Source of the DNA: Octopus vulgaris | Taxonomy: Eukaryota | Length of the DNA: 64,000 nt | Direction: 5' to 3' | Assembly (NCBI GenBank): GCA_951406725.2 | Contig: OX597815.1 | Coordinates: 59,334,001-59,398,000, forward strand | In this document: positions 39,660 through 52,599 of the stretch, one piece after another | Position numbering within the stretch: the first letter of the stretch is position 1 | How the letters are laid out: the number at the start of each line of letters is the position of its first letter | The notes under the pieces: model-generated | Databases searched by the model: none | What the model was told of the DNA's origin: nothing | Seen by the model: the letters and a program-made list of their open reading frames with translations, nothing else | Translations under genes and position numbers: made by a program

Positions 39660-40050
39660 GAAAACAACGAAACTCGTCAATAAGACATTTTAGCAAAAAA
39701 TGATGGATTTGTATAGCGATAGACAGAACGCTATTAATATTGTTTAAAAAAATGTTATATGATATAACGTCATAAGTAGCTAACAGAAACAGTAGGGATA
39801 TTAATAGTGAATGTTAAATATAAAGGAAATTAAAGTTTAAATTATATATAATGATAGAGACTACTTATATGCACTAAATGTATGTTTTTGCCAATGCTTA
39901 CATCTGTATGCTCGCTCTATAACCATGTTTACTAAAGTATTTTTAGAAACAAATAATGAAAAATAGCTCAGAATTGCAGAGAAGACAGAATTTCTTTCCT
40001 TTGTCATATGGTATTGAAATTGAGAGAATCCTTTTAACCATTCTAAATAA

Positions 40051-40104
<54 letters not shown>

Positions 40105-40331
40105 ATGGATTGTTGATTGTTTATCTTCTATCATAATTATTTGATATGTGAGAATCTATTATAATATGTATGGTCTAGTGAAGATGACTATAAATATAAT
40201 AATATTGTTATTATTGATAAACATAATAATAATAATATTGATAATAATAACAGTATTATTATTAATAATTGATTGTTATTTATCTGGTCATAAGCATAGA
40301 TGTGTTATAATATTATTATTGATAAACATAA

Positions 40332-40363
<32 letters not shown>

Positions 40364-40729
40364 ATAATTGATTATTATTTATCTGGTCATAAGCATAGAC
40401 GTGTTTATATGTTCCAATGTATGTATATATATGTATATGATGTATGGTATATTTACTTAGACCTATTGTTTAATTGTGTTTATTTATGTATTTTACACAT
40501 GTGAAAGTATATACACTTTGCTTATGTATGTATATGTGTATATATGTATATGTCTATATGGATATTTGTTCATATTTTTTATATATATTAAATAATACCT
40601 GTATCATGTTTAATGTATTAATATTAATATATTTAAAGTTCCTTATAACCTCTTACGAGGCCTATGGTTATATATATAAGTATCCTATTTTTAAATGCCT
40701 ACAACCTCATTATGTTGACAACTATAGGC

Positions 40730-42125
40730 CAGTGCTTTTCAACCTTTTTGCTGGAGCGGAACCCCAAGGAAACATTCCACTGGCTTGAGGAACCCTTGTG
40801 CAATAATTTGTCTTATGCAAAAAATAGCATTTAATTAAAGAAATGAAAATACTCATGTTCATATTTATTTACAATAAAAACACAAACTGTAAAAAAATTG
40901 TCACATACATATGCAATTTTATTCTTGCATCTACAGTTATTATTAAAACATGTATTTAAAAAAACTAGTTTGAATAGATTGCATTTATTCTCATCAAAAA
41001 CTCAATAAGAAACTTGAGCCTGGTGTTTCTTGCACAACTCTTTAAGATTGGGTCACGTTTTTGATAGACACGCACGAAGTTCATCTTCCACAAACAGCAA
41101 TTGTGCTTGATGGTTGTCAAGGCTGAAAATCCAAATTCACACAAGTAGGAGGTTGAAAACTGCACAAGAAGTCACAGCATTTTCTGGACAACTGCAGGAT
41201 AGTCCTTTTCAACCAGCAACCAAAATGCATTCAGGTTAAGCTCAGAATGCTTCAACTTTAATGTTCTGTCATTTAAAGCATTGGCAAGTTCTTCTTCTGT
41301 TAATGGGAACTGTTCTTCAAATGGCTCAAATTCCACAAATGGGTTTCTGATCCAGTCATACTGGTCAACAGATATCGATGGAAAATATTGTCAAAATTTG
41401 TTAACAGTGTGCAAATGGTTCAAAATCAGTAGCGCAATTTCTTGACTATTCCTTTTAAAAATACTTTGAAACATTTCCAAATTTCCTCTAGCTATGCATT
41501 TCTTCCATATTGCCAATTTCTTCTGAAAAGCATTTATTTTGTCAGTAGAAGACAAGATATTTTCGTTCCTGCCCTGCCTGCCATTGTTCAAGAGGTTTAA
41601 CTCATGAAATATATCGGCAAGATATGCTAACTTGGAACACCAATGGTTGTCACTCAAACATTCTAAGTCTTTCAGGTTTTCTTGCAAACAAAAGGTCAAT
41701 AACTCTTCTAAAGATCTTTTAAAAGGCCGATTAACAACAACACCTAAATGGCTTACGCAGTTAAACTGTTTCTTCCAAATATAGTCACTCATATTTTACA
41801 AAAGAGAACTAAACCATCATCTAAGGTGACATGCAACTCATAGATGTGCACGTACATGTACACACCAAGGATCAGGGTCATCTACACTGGCATGTAACTC
41901 ATAGTTGTACACGTTGTAGGCCTACATATACACACTAAGGATCAAAGTCATCTACGCTGGCGTGCAACTCATAGATGTACACGTAGGCCTAACATGTACA
42001 CACATATCTGCACAGGGTAATTAAAAATTACTGTTGATTTTAGCATTTATGTAACTTCTTGCGGAACCCCTGGACTATACTGGTGGAACCCTAAGGTTCT
42101 GAGGAACCCTGGTTGAAAACCACTG
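40730..42125 (-). mobile_element. Non-autonomous hAT (Buster/Charlie-like) element with TIRs and 8-bp TSD
   Basis: TIRs CAGTGCTTTTCAACC / GGTTGAAAACCACTG; TSD CTATAGGC at 40722-40729 and 42126-42133; KLAYLADIFHELNLLN and FSTSYLCEFGFSAL motifs. Confidence 0.95.
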
Positions 42126-42579
42126 CTATAGGCAATAAAAATAACTACTTTTAGCTATAGGCTGAAACAGCTGTAAGAAGTGATTTTAATGATTTCAATA
42201 ATTTATATTATGATTTTTATAATTTGTACGCTTATCTTATATGTATTGAATTATAAGATATATATGTATGCTATTAAGGTTCTCATTTTGTTAAATGAAT
42301 AAATAATCCAACATTTAAATATCCGAAAGTTGATGAACAAAATAAATTTGTTTCTCCATTTTCTTATTTGTATTATAAATTTACGGTAAAAATATTTCTT
42401 TATCTTCACCTGTTTAATACAACAAATGAGTCAATTGCATTGCAATTTATGTATTAAGAATCTGGGTACTTTACCAACAGTATATTGGTTAAATACTATC
42501 CCACAGTGGGTTACACCCATAGCCCCTATCTTACTTTGTGTGTGTGTGTATATATATATGTCTTTGTGTTTGAAATTGT

Positions 42580-42770
42580 CCCTGCATCATCACTTGACAA
42601 CTGGTGTTGGTGTGTTTATGTCCCTGTAACTTAGCAGTTTGGCAAAAGAGACTGATAGAATAAATACTAGGCTTACAAAGCATAAGTCCTGAGGTTGATT
42701 TCTTCAACTAAAAACCCTTTAAGGTAGTGCTCCAGCATAGCTGCAGTCAAATGGCTGAAACAGATAAAAA
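42580..42770 (+). mobile_element. SINE 3' half
   Basis: Matches the 3' half of the SINE at 47926-48305. Confidence 0.75.
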
Positions 42771-43262
42771 TATATATATATATATTACAGCAATGCATTC
42801 AGTTAAGTGCTTGAGTATCACCCTTTAGCTTCTGTGGAGCTTCAAACATGAAGTGCAATTTATTTTGGATAACATTTACATTTATATATATATATATGTA
42901 CATATATATATACACACATAGAACAGCATTACCAATGAAAATGCATATATGTATGTAGGAAATTAAATTAGTAGATTAAGGGGAAGACCCTCTCAATATA
43001 TATATATATAAAATGAAATAATGAGGGTAGAAATTGATATTAATCAATTAAAACCAGTGGCTTAGCTTATTTTAAAATCCAAAGATTAAAAATTGTGTTA
43101 CGTACAAAATTAAGAGGAATGACCACTAAAGTGGACACCCGATACGCTAAACATAGACATCAAATTGCCATTACCACAAAGAATGTGTTCTCAAGAAAAA
43201 AATCTCAGCAAAATGCCAAAATGAGCAAGACAAATGAAAACATACAGAATAAAACCGATTAC

Positions 43263-43336
43263 CTACGTACCATTGGTTTCACTTGTTAATATCTGCATAT
43301 GCAAACATGCAGATATCTGCAAGATGATCAGCGTAG
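43263..43336 (-). ncRNA. Type I hammerhead motif, variant core CUGAUCA
   Basis: Same fold as 15405-15478. Confidence 0.6.
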
Positions 43337-43764
43337 TCTGTTGCTTACGAAACACAATTTCCAGAACTAGATACAGAATGCTCAACTGAAATCGAGCATG
43401 TATAAAGTTCTACAAATTATATTTGGGTGTATTTTTCAAATGTCTTCACTTTGGCGTGCCGAGGCTGGAAATTATTCTGCAGTTAAATAAATTCCAGCAG
43501 TCAATTTACCGGTTAGAGAACATTTTTAAAATTTTAAATGAAATAATGAGGATAGAAATTGATGTTAATCAATTAAAACCAGTGGCTTAGCATATTTAAA
43601 AATCCAAAGATTAAAAATTGTGTTACATACAAAATTAAGAGGCCTCTTTTTTAAAATATTCATTACATTGCTCGTGTGTGTGTTTATCATAGAATTGGTG
43701 GTTTTTTGAAGCTTCCAATTTGATTTTTAGCAGGCGGTGTCTTTACCCTTCTTTTCTTCAAATA

Positions 43765-43813
<49 letters not shown>

Positions 43814-44326
43814 GAACAGTCTTTTTTTAGTTTCTGTCTACCAAATCCTTTATATTTCGTATGTTTTCATTTGTCTTGCTCAATTTTACATTTTGGCATT
43901 TTGCTGAGAGTTTTTTCTTGAGTACACATTCTTTGTGGTAATGGTGATTTGATGTCTATGTTTAGCATATAGGGTGTCCACTTTAGTGGTCATTCCGCTT
44001 AATTTTGTATGTAACACAATTTTTGATCATAGGATTTTTAAATATGCTAAGCCACTGGTTTTAATTGATTAATATCAATTTCTACCCTCAAACATCACAT
44101 CAATTTCTACTCTTATTATTTAATTTTAAATAAAAAAAAATGTTCTCTAACTAGTAAATTGACTGCTGGAATTTATTAACTGCAGAGTAATTTCCAACCT
44201 CAGCTCACCAAAGTGAAGGCATTTGAAAGAATACATCCAAATATAATATGTAGAACTTTATACATGCTCAATTTCGGTTGAGCTTTCTATATCTAGTTCT
44301 GGAAATTGTGTTTTGTAAGCAACAGA

Positions 44327-44400
44327 CTATGCTGACTATCTTGCAGATATCCGCGTGTTTGCATACGTAGATATTAACAAGTGAAACCAATGGTACGTAG
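44327..44400 (+). ncRNA. Type I hammerhead motif, variant core CUGACUA
   Basis: CUAUG CUGACUA UCUUG CAGAUAUCCGCGUGU UUGC AUACGUAGAUAUUAA CAAGU GAAAC CAAUG GUA CGUAG. Confidence 0.6.
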
Positions 44401-45434
44401 GTAATCGCTTTTATTTTGTATATTTTCATTTGTCTTGCTAATTTTTACATTTTGGCGTTTCGCTGAGATTTTTTTCTTGAGAACACATTCTTCATGGTAA
44501 TGGCAATTTGACGTCTATGTTTAGCATATAGGGTGTCCAGTTTAGTGGTCATTCCTCTTAATTTTGTATATATATATATGTATGTATGTATACATATATA
44601 TTCCATCCTGAAGGTAGGCCTCTTTTTTAAAATATTCATTATATTACTCCTTTGTGTATTTATCGTATAATTGGTGGTTTTTTGAAGCTTTCGATTTGAT
44701 TTTTAGCAGTCGGTGTCTTTACCCTTCTTTTCTTTAAATATATTATATATGTATATATATATATGTTGGCATGAATGTCATTGGGGACTAAACCCATTTT
44801 TTGTAGGTACTTGATATCACCACAATGCCAAATTTTGTCTACTTTCTGTCTTCCAAATCCTCTCACAAAGCATTGGTCAACCTGGGGCTGTAGTAGAATA
44901 TACTTACCTGAAATTCCATGAAGTGGTGTTAAACCTGAAACCACGTGGGTGGGAAACCATACCATGCCTACTCTTGTTTTGATATGAAGTGATGATTGTA
45001 AATGAGTATCACCATTATATGGTATTCTTTTCCCTCATATGGTAATGTTGTTCTTTTCTGGTCTCCATGAAAACCTTGTCTGGTCATGGGGAATTGTTAC
45101 TTTGGTTTGAAACAGATAAGGGTTGACTGCAGGAATGATGTCCTGCTGTAGAAAACCTGCCTCAACAAATTCTATATGATCCATTATAAGCACAGAAAAG
45201 TGGATGTTAAATGATAACTATGATATAAACACACATACTCACATACAAGGACATATGTAGGAAGCATTCTTCTCATGAAGACTGAAAACATCTCATGGCA
45301 TGAACACAATGCCAAAGAGGAGATTTATGAGCACCTTCCACACATCTCTACTTTGGTACTCAGTGTAAGGTAGGTTTTGCTGATCTGCACAGGTTATGAG
45401 TGCTGCCTCTCCTATTCTCTATCTCTCCTTAGTC

Positions 45435-45465
<31 letters not shown>

Positions 45466-46154
45466 TTGCTATTTTCACAAAACTAAAACAATGTTTGTTA
45501 TAGTATATAAAATTGCTTCTCCTTTATTAGACCCATAAACTTATGATTAAATGCATTTCTGACTTCTTTTTATAAGTATGGTATGTAAAGCTTTATTATT
45601 TAAAATCCCTTTTAAAGACAATAGGATGTATGATTTGAAGGATTTTTGGTTCCTATTTTTAACAAATCAAGTGACTACATGGAAGCACTTGCTTTGGCTT
45701 GTCGTATATAAAGTTTGTTATTGTTGTGGTTAGAATGTCTTAAAATATTCCTTTTTTTTAATTGTTGCTATTGATGATAGATGATGGTCTTCATGACATT
45801 AAGTGCTTCCCTTCATTGTAGGTTACCACAAGACTAAAATGTCACAAAATACAGCCTCACTGGGTATTTGCTTTTGACAATTTTCTGCGAGAAGCTATTA
45901 CGTCTACATCTCTCTTACTCTCACCGGGTAGGTCTGATATCTAGTTGATATTCTTATTTTACGCAATTGTGTATGTTTTTGTTTGTTTGTTTTTGTGATG
46001 TCTTTGCAGCTTTAATAAAAAAAGTATATTACTCTACCTTCAGTATTTGAGTACTACTTTTTCCACCTTGTTTTGCATTTATGTACTTACTTGTGTGTGT
46101 GTGTGTGTGTGTGTGTATCCTTCTCTGTCTTTCTCTTTCTCAGTTTTATACATA

Positions 46155-47465
46155 CAAGGATGAGCTGGAAAGTTCATTGGCTGACTATGGAGGAGTGATG
46201 CTAGAGTTGTGAAATCTTGCATGCATTAATTTCAACTCTTCTTATTAATAACCTCGTTGTTTATTTTCCAGGTAAACTGATACCTGACTATTCAAAAAAC
46301 ACTTCAAAACTAGCAACTAGCGACTTCTCTTGAAAGTGAACAAAATTTGGCATTGTGGTGATATCAAGTACCTACAAAAAATGGGTTTAGTCCCAAATGA
46401 CATTCATGCCAACATGGTCGCTACATTAAGAGATGAAACTTCTGTTTTATTATCAGTCACAGGAATGGCTGTGTGGTAAGAAGCTTGTTTCCCAATCACA
46501 TGGTTCCATGTTCAGTTCACTGCATGGCATGTTGGGCAAGTGTCTTCTACTATGGCCTCGGGCCAACCAAAGCCTTGTGAGTGGATTTGGTAGATGGAAA
46601 CTGAAAGAAGCCCGTCGTATATATGTTTATATATGTATGTATGTGTTTGTTCCACACCATCACTTGACAACCGATGGTGGGGTGTTTATGCCCCCATAAC
46701 TTAGCAGTTCAGCAAAAAGAGACCTGTAGAATAAGTACTAGGCTTACAAAGAATAAGTTCTGGGGTCAATTTATTCGACTGAAGGTGATGTTCCAGTATG
46801 GCTGCAGTCAAATGACTGTAACAAGTAAAAGAGTACAAAAATGGGCAGCTAAATTTAGGAGGGAAGGGAGAGTCTTGAAGATGACTCAAGGTCTGGACAT
46901 ACTGCAACTGCCACCACCAAGGAAAATATTGATTGTATTTACCACATGATGATGGATGACTGGAATATGATAATAGCCAATGCTGTTATTATATTCCATG
47001 AGAAAGTTGAGAATATTCTACACAATTAGCTTGACATGATGAAGGTTTCTGCTCAGTGAGTGGTATGTCTTGTAACACCTGATCAAAAGCACACCAGGAA
47101 AACTGATGAATGGTGTCTTGTTTAATCAAGACAATACTCCAGCACAAGTCCTTGGTTTCAATGGCTGCTATTTTTGACTGTGGCTTTGAAATAGTTGATC
47201 ACCCTCTTTGTTGTGATTTGGCTCCATCTGTTCACCATGAAAAAACACTTGGCTGGGAACCAGTATTACAGTGATGATTATGTCATGTCTGCTGTTGATG
47301 ACTTTTTGAGCAACAAGATGAAAACTTCACCAATGAGATCCAAACACTGCAACTTCAATGGAAGAAGTGTGTTAACCACAAGGGAGACAATGTTGAAAGA
47401 TAAATGTCATTTGCTAACATTCCAAGAGAGTATCTTTGTCAGCCTATGAATTTTTCAGCCTCATA
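46155..47465 (+). mobile_element. Decayed mariner element interrupted by a SINE
   Basis: TIR-like GCTGGAAAGTTCATTGGCTGAC / GTCAGCCTATGAATTTTTCAGC; transposase remnants of the same family as 21800-22494. Confidence 0.75.
46458..46832 (+). mobile_element. tRNA-derived SINE inserted in the mariner element
   Basis: Colinear with the SINE at 47926-48305. Confidence 0.85.
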
Positions 47466-47578
47466 TTTATGACTACAGATACTTGCCAGCATGCTTAAAT
47501 ATATCATTGTTCTCTCTACATATGCTCTGAAACTAATTATAAGCACTAAAATATTTTTGCTTATCTCTTCTAACCTAG

Positions 47579-47699
47579 GTTCTGCTTCAGCTGCTGAAAG
47601 TTTGTCAACTCATGCCACTTCAAAAAAATCTCCTTCCTGTATTCTCCGCTCCACTTCTACTAATGAAGCTGTACAACAGATGAGAGATGAAATACAAAA
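47579..47699 (+). CDS. Internal exon of host gene (GSASAAESLSTHATSKKSPSCILRSTSTNEAVQQMRDEIQK)
   Basis: Acceptor with branch-like CTAAC and CTAG|, 121-nt open frame, donor AA|GTAAGC; phase 1/2. Confidence 0.75.
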
Positions 47700-47925
47700 G
47701 TAAGCTTAAGCACCTCCAGAGTTTTATTGAAAAGAAAGGATGACAAGTGTATTGAAAAAGTTTTTAACAATATTCCTTCTATGGAGATTAAGCTAGAGAA
47801 TTAACTACACCAGAGAGAAAAACCCATCAAATTTATTTTTTTAAATAGATGGGATAAAAGGCAAATTTAGTGTATGAAAACTGCACTGCAAATTATTTGA
47901 TAAAAATATGGCTATAAGAGATATA

Positions 47926-48305
47926 GGTACAGGACTGGCTGTGTGACAAGTAGCTTGCTTACAAATCACATGGTTCCGGGTTCAGTCCCACTGCATGACA
48001 TGTTGGGCAAGTGTCTTCTACTATAGCTTCAGACTGACTAAAGCCTTGTGGGTGGATTTGGTAGATGGAAACTGAAAGAAGCCCATTGTATACGTGTGTG
48101 TGTGTCTGTTTGTCCCCCCAACATCACTTGACAACCGATGCTGGTGTGTTTACATCCCCGTAACATAGCGGTTCAGCAAAAGAGACTGATAGAAAAGTAC
48201 TAGGCTTACAAAGAATAAGTCTTGGGGTTGATTTGTTTGACTAAAGGTGATGCTCCATCATGACCACAGTCAAATGACTGAAACAAGTAAAGGAATAAAA
48301 GAATA
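47926..48305 (+). mobile_element. Full-length tRNA-derived CORE-type SINE
   Basis: tRNA-like head with GGTTCAGTCCC, TTGGGCAAGT core, central microsatellite, tail CAGTCAAATGACTGAAACAAGT. Confidence 0.9.
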
Positions 48306-49475
48306 TGTCCAAATTATCTTAATGTTTTCAGATCTATGTACAGTCAAAAATTCTGTACACTCAGTTTTTGCTATAACATTTTTGTGCATAAAGACTTACA
48401 GGGCCATCATTTCTCTCTCAGTGCTAATTATGACTGTTGTCATGAAAACACTAACTGATGTACACAGGTGAAATAGCTGTGTTGTTGTACCATAATGTGA
48501 ATGAAAAATGTTTACTACATGAAAAAATTGTTCTGTGCAGGCCTAGATCAGCTCTGATTGAAGCTTTCTAGCCTTGACCGTCCAGTTTTTTAAAAGTGCC
48601 TACAACTTCATTTCTGATGTATCTTTCTTTTTAAGAGAGTAGCATATGGGTCTTCCATATGTGATAATGCAAGATCAGGATATAATAAAAGAGAATATTA
48701 TGGAAAAACAGATATGATGATGGCAAAAATAGCAAATGGTTTGTTAATAACCAAATGGTGATAATAACCAAAATTATTTAAACTTCTAGAGTAACAATAG
48801 GTATAAAATCTAAATACTTTAAGGAATCTAGTTTAGTATCTGATTATTCTGTGATCATCCTTCTGGCATCAATCAAATAAATACAGAATTTAGATACTGC
48901 CCTAGATACAATCAACTACCCCTCTACCAAGATTGTAACCTTGTACTTACATGAGAAATCTTTATTATCACTAGTATTACAGTAGTGCTCTAAACAGGTG
49001 TGAGCTTCACTAAATGTAATTTAACATCATTCTACTGTAAGCTCAAAACTCAAATGGCCTAATAAAAAGGAAATATTATCACTTTCCAGCAGGCATCACT
49101 TCAATTATAAGTAAAGCATCAGCTAGTTCATGTACTCTATCATCATCATTATATTTAAGTGCGTATGCTGTGACGCTGACAATTAAGACCCATTATATCA
49201 CTAATAATTATCTAATTAACCATAGTGGAATACGTAGCTATGCCAATCTTTTTGCATCTTATTCACTTGTTTTTAAATATTGCATAAAAATGAAGAGATA
49301 TCTTGATCCTGACATCCTCATTAACTCATGGTAGGTAATATTTTAGTTTTGGGTTGTTATGCTAATCTGTTTCTAATAGAGTGAAATTCTTACTTCTTAT
49401 TAAAATGTGCTTCATTGGCAGATTTGATTGTATTTGATTTAATCATATTTTCACAATCTTTTCTCTGCTTCCCAG

Positions 49476-49556
49476 GTTATTGAAACAACTATTGGATACA
49501 CTAAGTTCTTTGCACCAGACTTTCATTGACTGGAAAATGCAGCAAGAAAAACACAA
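49476..49556 (+). CDS. Internal exon of host gene (LLKQLLDTLSSLHQTFIDWKMQQEKH), coiled-coil-like
   Basis: Acceptor TTTTCTCTGCTTCCCAG|, 81-nt open frame, donor AA|GTTAGT; phase 2/2 continues the frame of the previous exon. Confidence 0.75.
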
Positions 49557-50945
49557 GTTAGTCTATTTTCTTTTCTCCTCATATGTTTGTATGCATGCAC
49601 ACATACATTCATACGTACATACATACACACATGCATGAATGCATGCATAATATAGAAATGAATGGAGATTCAGTCTTGATTTAATCTGCTACATATATTT
49701 CACATAAAATGGCATATATCAAAATGCTGCAATGCATCAATTATGCATATTTAATCATTCCCATTTTTGATCAGTTAAAATGCTACAGTGGGAGAGGAAT
49801 TCTACACCATCCTATTCTTATCAGAGCTATATAATCACTGCTTATATTGCTGAACATTTTAGGAAGTTAGTAGTAAATTTGGATCAACTCATCCCAACAC
49901 TTCTATCTGACCATTTCCCCAATCTAAAGAGATAGGTAGATATTTTTTATAAACCTACTGAAGATTCTCAGATAATGAGAAAAATTGTAATTTAATATGT
50001 GATGTATTAGCACGATAGACAGCTAGATGAATACAAACAACAGTACATAGTCTCTCCCACACCCATATTTTAACCAACCAGCTGATTATAAGGAGAAAAT
50101 TCAGTATATTCTTGATGGGAAGTGTAAGAAGTTACTGAAAGATATAGAAATAATGGAATGGATGAATAATTATAAAGATCATTTGAAAAAATAAAATGGC
50201 ATACATTAATAGGTTTAAAAGTAAGAAGGCAAGCATTATTGATAATATGAAAGGTAGTGTAGCAAGACCAGTAAACAACAGTGGAACAACCCTAAATAAA
50301 AGATGTAGTGAATAGGACGATTATAACCAATGAACAACAAACAGACCATAATAGAAATAATAATAACAATACTGATATGGCAACAATAAGAATATTTTGT
50401 TTTGTCTGAGGAGAATCATTGTTTTAATGCCTTATTAATTAACATATTCACCAGTTCAATTTCCACTCATCTATTATTTGTTTTCCTAAAATTTTTGTTG
50501 CTTTTTGCAACCTCTTCACTAGTTGTTGACTCTGTCCATTATCAAAACTGGGTTCTTTTTCCTTGTTTGTTTGTGTGCATGCCTCAGCATGCATGTCTAT
50601 ACACATATGTATGTATGTGTGTATGCATATATATGTATGTACGTTTTTATGTATTTTGCATATTCGTGTGTTTGTGTGTGCATGTTTGTATGTGTGTGTA
50701 CCTCTGTCTCCTTGTGTGTGCGTGTTTGAGTGTGTCTATGTATATCAGTTTTTGTGACTGTGTATGTGTGTCTGTTATGTATAGATGTGTATCTCCATAT
50801 GTCCTTGTGTGTGTGTGGAGTGTACATGTGTGTATATGGTCATGTGTTTCTATCTCTTTTTGTGTGTGTCTGTCTGTATTACCTATGTACCTATCTATCT
50901 ACTTACCTATCTGTTTACCTACATATCCATTTACCTACATATATA

Positions 50946-52554
50946 CAGTGGCGGCCAAAATGTTCAGAATGGCATTGTACAAGTAGATATAATTTTTTAT
51001 CAAAGTTGTTTTATATTCTATGATTTTCACAGACAATAAATACGATATTATCTGTTATTGCCTGAGATTTTGCTGTAATTTGAGAGGATAATACAAAAGT
51101 TATGGATGATTTAGTGATTCACTGCAAAACCCATGACGGCCAAAATGATCAGAACGGTTGCTTTTACTCCGTGTTTTAATATATTTAACCGGCGAACTCT
51201 AATGTTTTGAATTTGTTTACGTGACGGTTCGTTTACTAAACATTAGTAAGAATATTTGCGGTGTACTTTGTTAATATAATGCCACTTACTCCGTTACCAA
51301 TTCGTCAGCAGATTATTAAGCTTCGAAGGAAGGATAATTTAAGTATTGGATCTATTGCAAAGATTGTTAACAAGTCAAAAAGTGTTGTACACGGTATTTT
51401 TAAGGTCTACGATGATTGTGGTTCGTGTGAAGCAAGAAAGTTTACAGGTAGGCCAAGAAAAACAACCAAGAGAGAAGATCGTGCTATGGTAAAGTTGGTT
51501 AAAAAGGACAGATTTAAAACTGCTGCTGCTGTTTCTCAGAAAATGAGCATTGTATTGAAGAAAACTTTATCTCGAAAAACTGTGTCTTGTCGTTTAGTTG
51601 AACATGACCTACAAGCAAGTGCACCTGCAGTGAAGCCACTGATCAGCTCCAAGAATAAAAAGCGTCGTCTTACCTTTGCAACCGAACATGTGTTGTGGTC
51701 TCAAGAAAAATGGCAAACGGTGCATTTCAGTGATGAATCTAAGTTTATGTTATTTGGCTCAGATGGGAAAAGGTACGTTCGTAGATAAGTAGGTGAAAAA
51801 TTGTCGCCTAAATGCCTTAAGACTAGTGTTAAATTCGGTGGAGGAAGTGTCATGGTTTGGGGGATGATATCTGGAGATGGTGTGGGCCCTTTGGTGCGAT
51901 TACATGGAAAGGTAAATGCAGGAGTTTATAAACAACTTGTAAAAGATCATGTCTTGCCTGTGCTGTAAGCGACCACCCATATTCATGCAGGACAATGCCC
52001 CATATCACAAGGCTAAGGTGGTCATGAAATTCCTCAAGGCTGAAAAGGTTATTGTTATGGATTGGCCTGCTCAAAGCCCAGATCTCAGTCTTATTGAAAA
52101 TGTATGGAATATTCTAGGAGAACGTTTGAAAGCCAGAAATCCTAAAACAACTGAGCAGCTATGGAATGCCCTTCAGGAAGAATGGAATAAGATCACCCAG
52201 CAAGAAATTGAAAATTTAATTTCTTCATGCAGTCGAAGATGTCAGAGTGTGATCGAAGCTAAAGGGCTTCACACTAAATATTAAATAATTCCAGTATTCT
52301 CTGTCATTTTTGATTATTTTGTTATTTTTTCAACCGTTCTGATCATTTTGGCCGCCATGGGCTTTGCAGTAAATCACTAAATCATCCATAACTTTTGTAT
52401 TATCCTCTCAAATTACACCAAAATCTCAGACAATAACAATTAATATTGTATTTATTGTCTGTGAAAATTATAGAATATAAAACTACTTTGATAAAAACTT
52501 ATACCTACTTTTCTGATGAAAATAATGCCGTTCTGAACATTTTGGCCGCAACTG
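50946..52554 (+). mobile_element. Full-length Tc1-family DNA transposon, long IR/DR-type TIRs, TA TSD
   Basis: TA|CAGTGGCGGCCAAAATGTTCAGAA...TTCTGAACATTTTGGCCGCAACTG|TA; ~210-bp inverted ends with an inner copy of GGCCAAAATGATCAGAACGG. Confidence 0.95.
51279..52284 (+). pseudogene. Tc1 DDE transposase with a premature stop (~51786) and a frameshift (~51965)
   Basis: GRPRKTT, VHFSDES, MQDNAPYH and WPAQSPDLSLIENVW motifs. Confidence 0.92.

Positions 52555-52599
<45 letters not shown>

Larger units (their letters stand above)
43011..44570. repeat. Second locus of the ~525-bp hammerhead-containing repeat: about 1.2 copies in one orientation (43011-43642) and about 1.35 copies inverted (~43855-44570)
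   Basis: Same sequence as 15232-16360; period seen at 43011 and 43536. Confidence 0.9.

Noticed and set aside
47926-48000. tRNA gene
   Set aside because: The A/B-box-like sequence is the head of a SINE and does not form a full cloverleaf.
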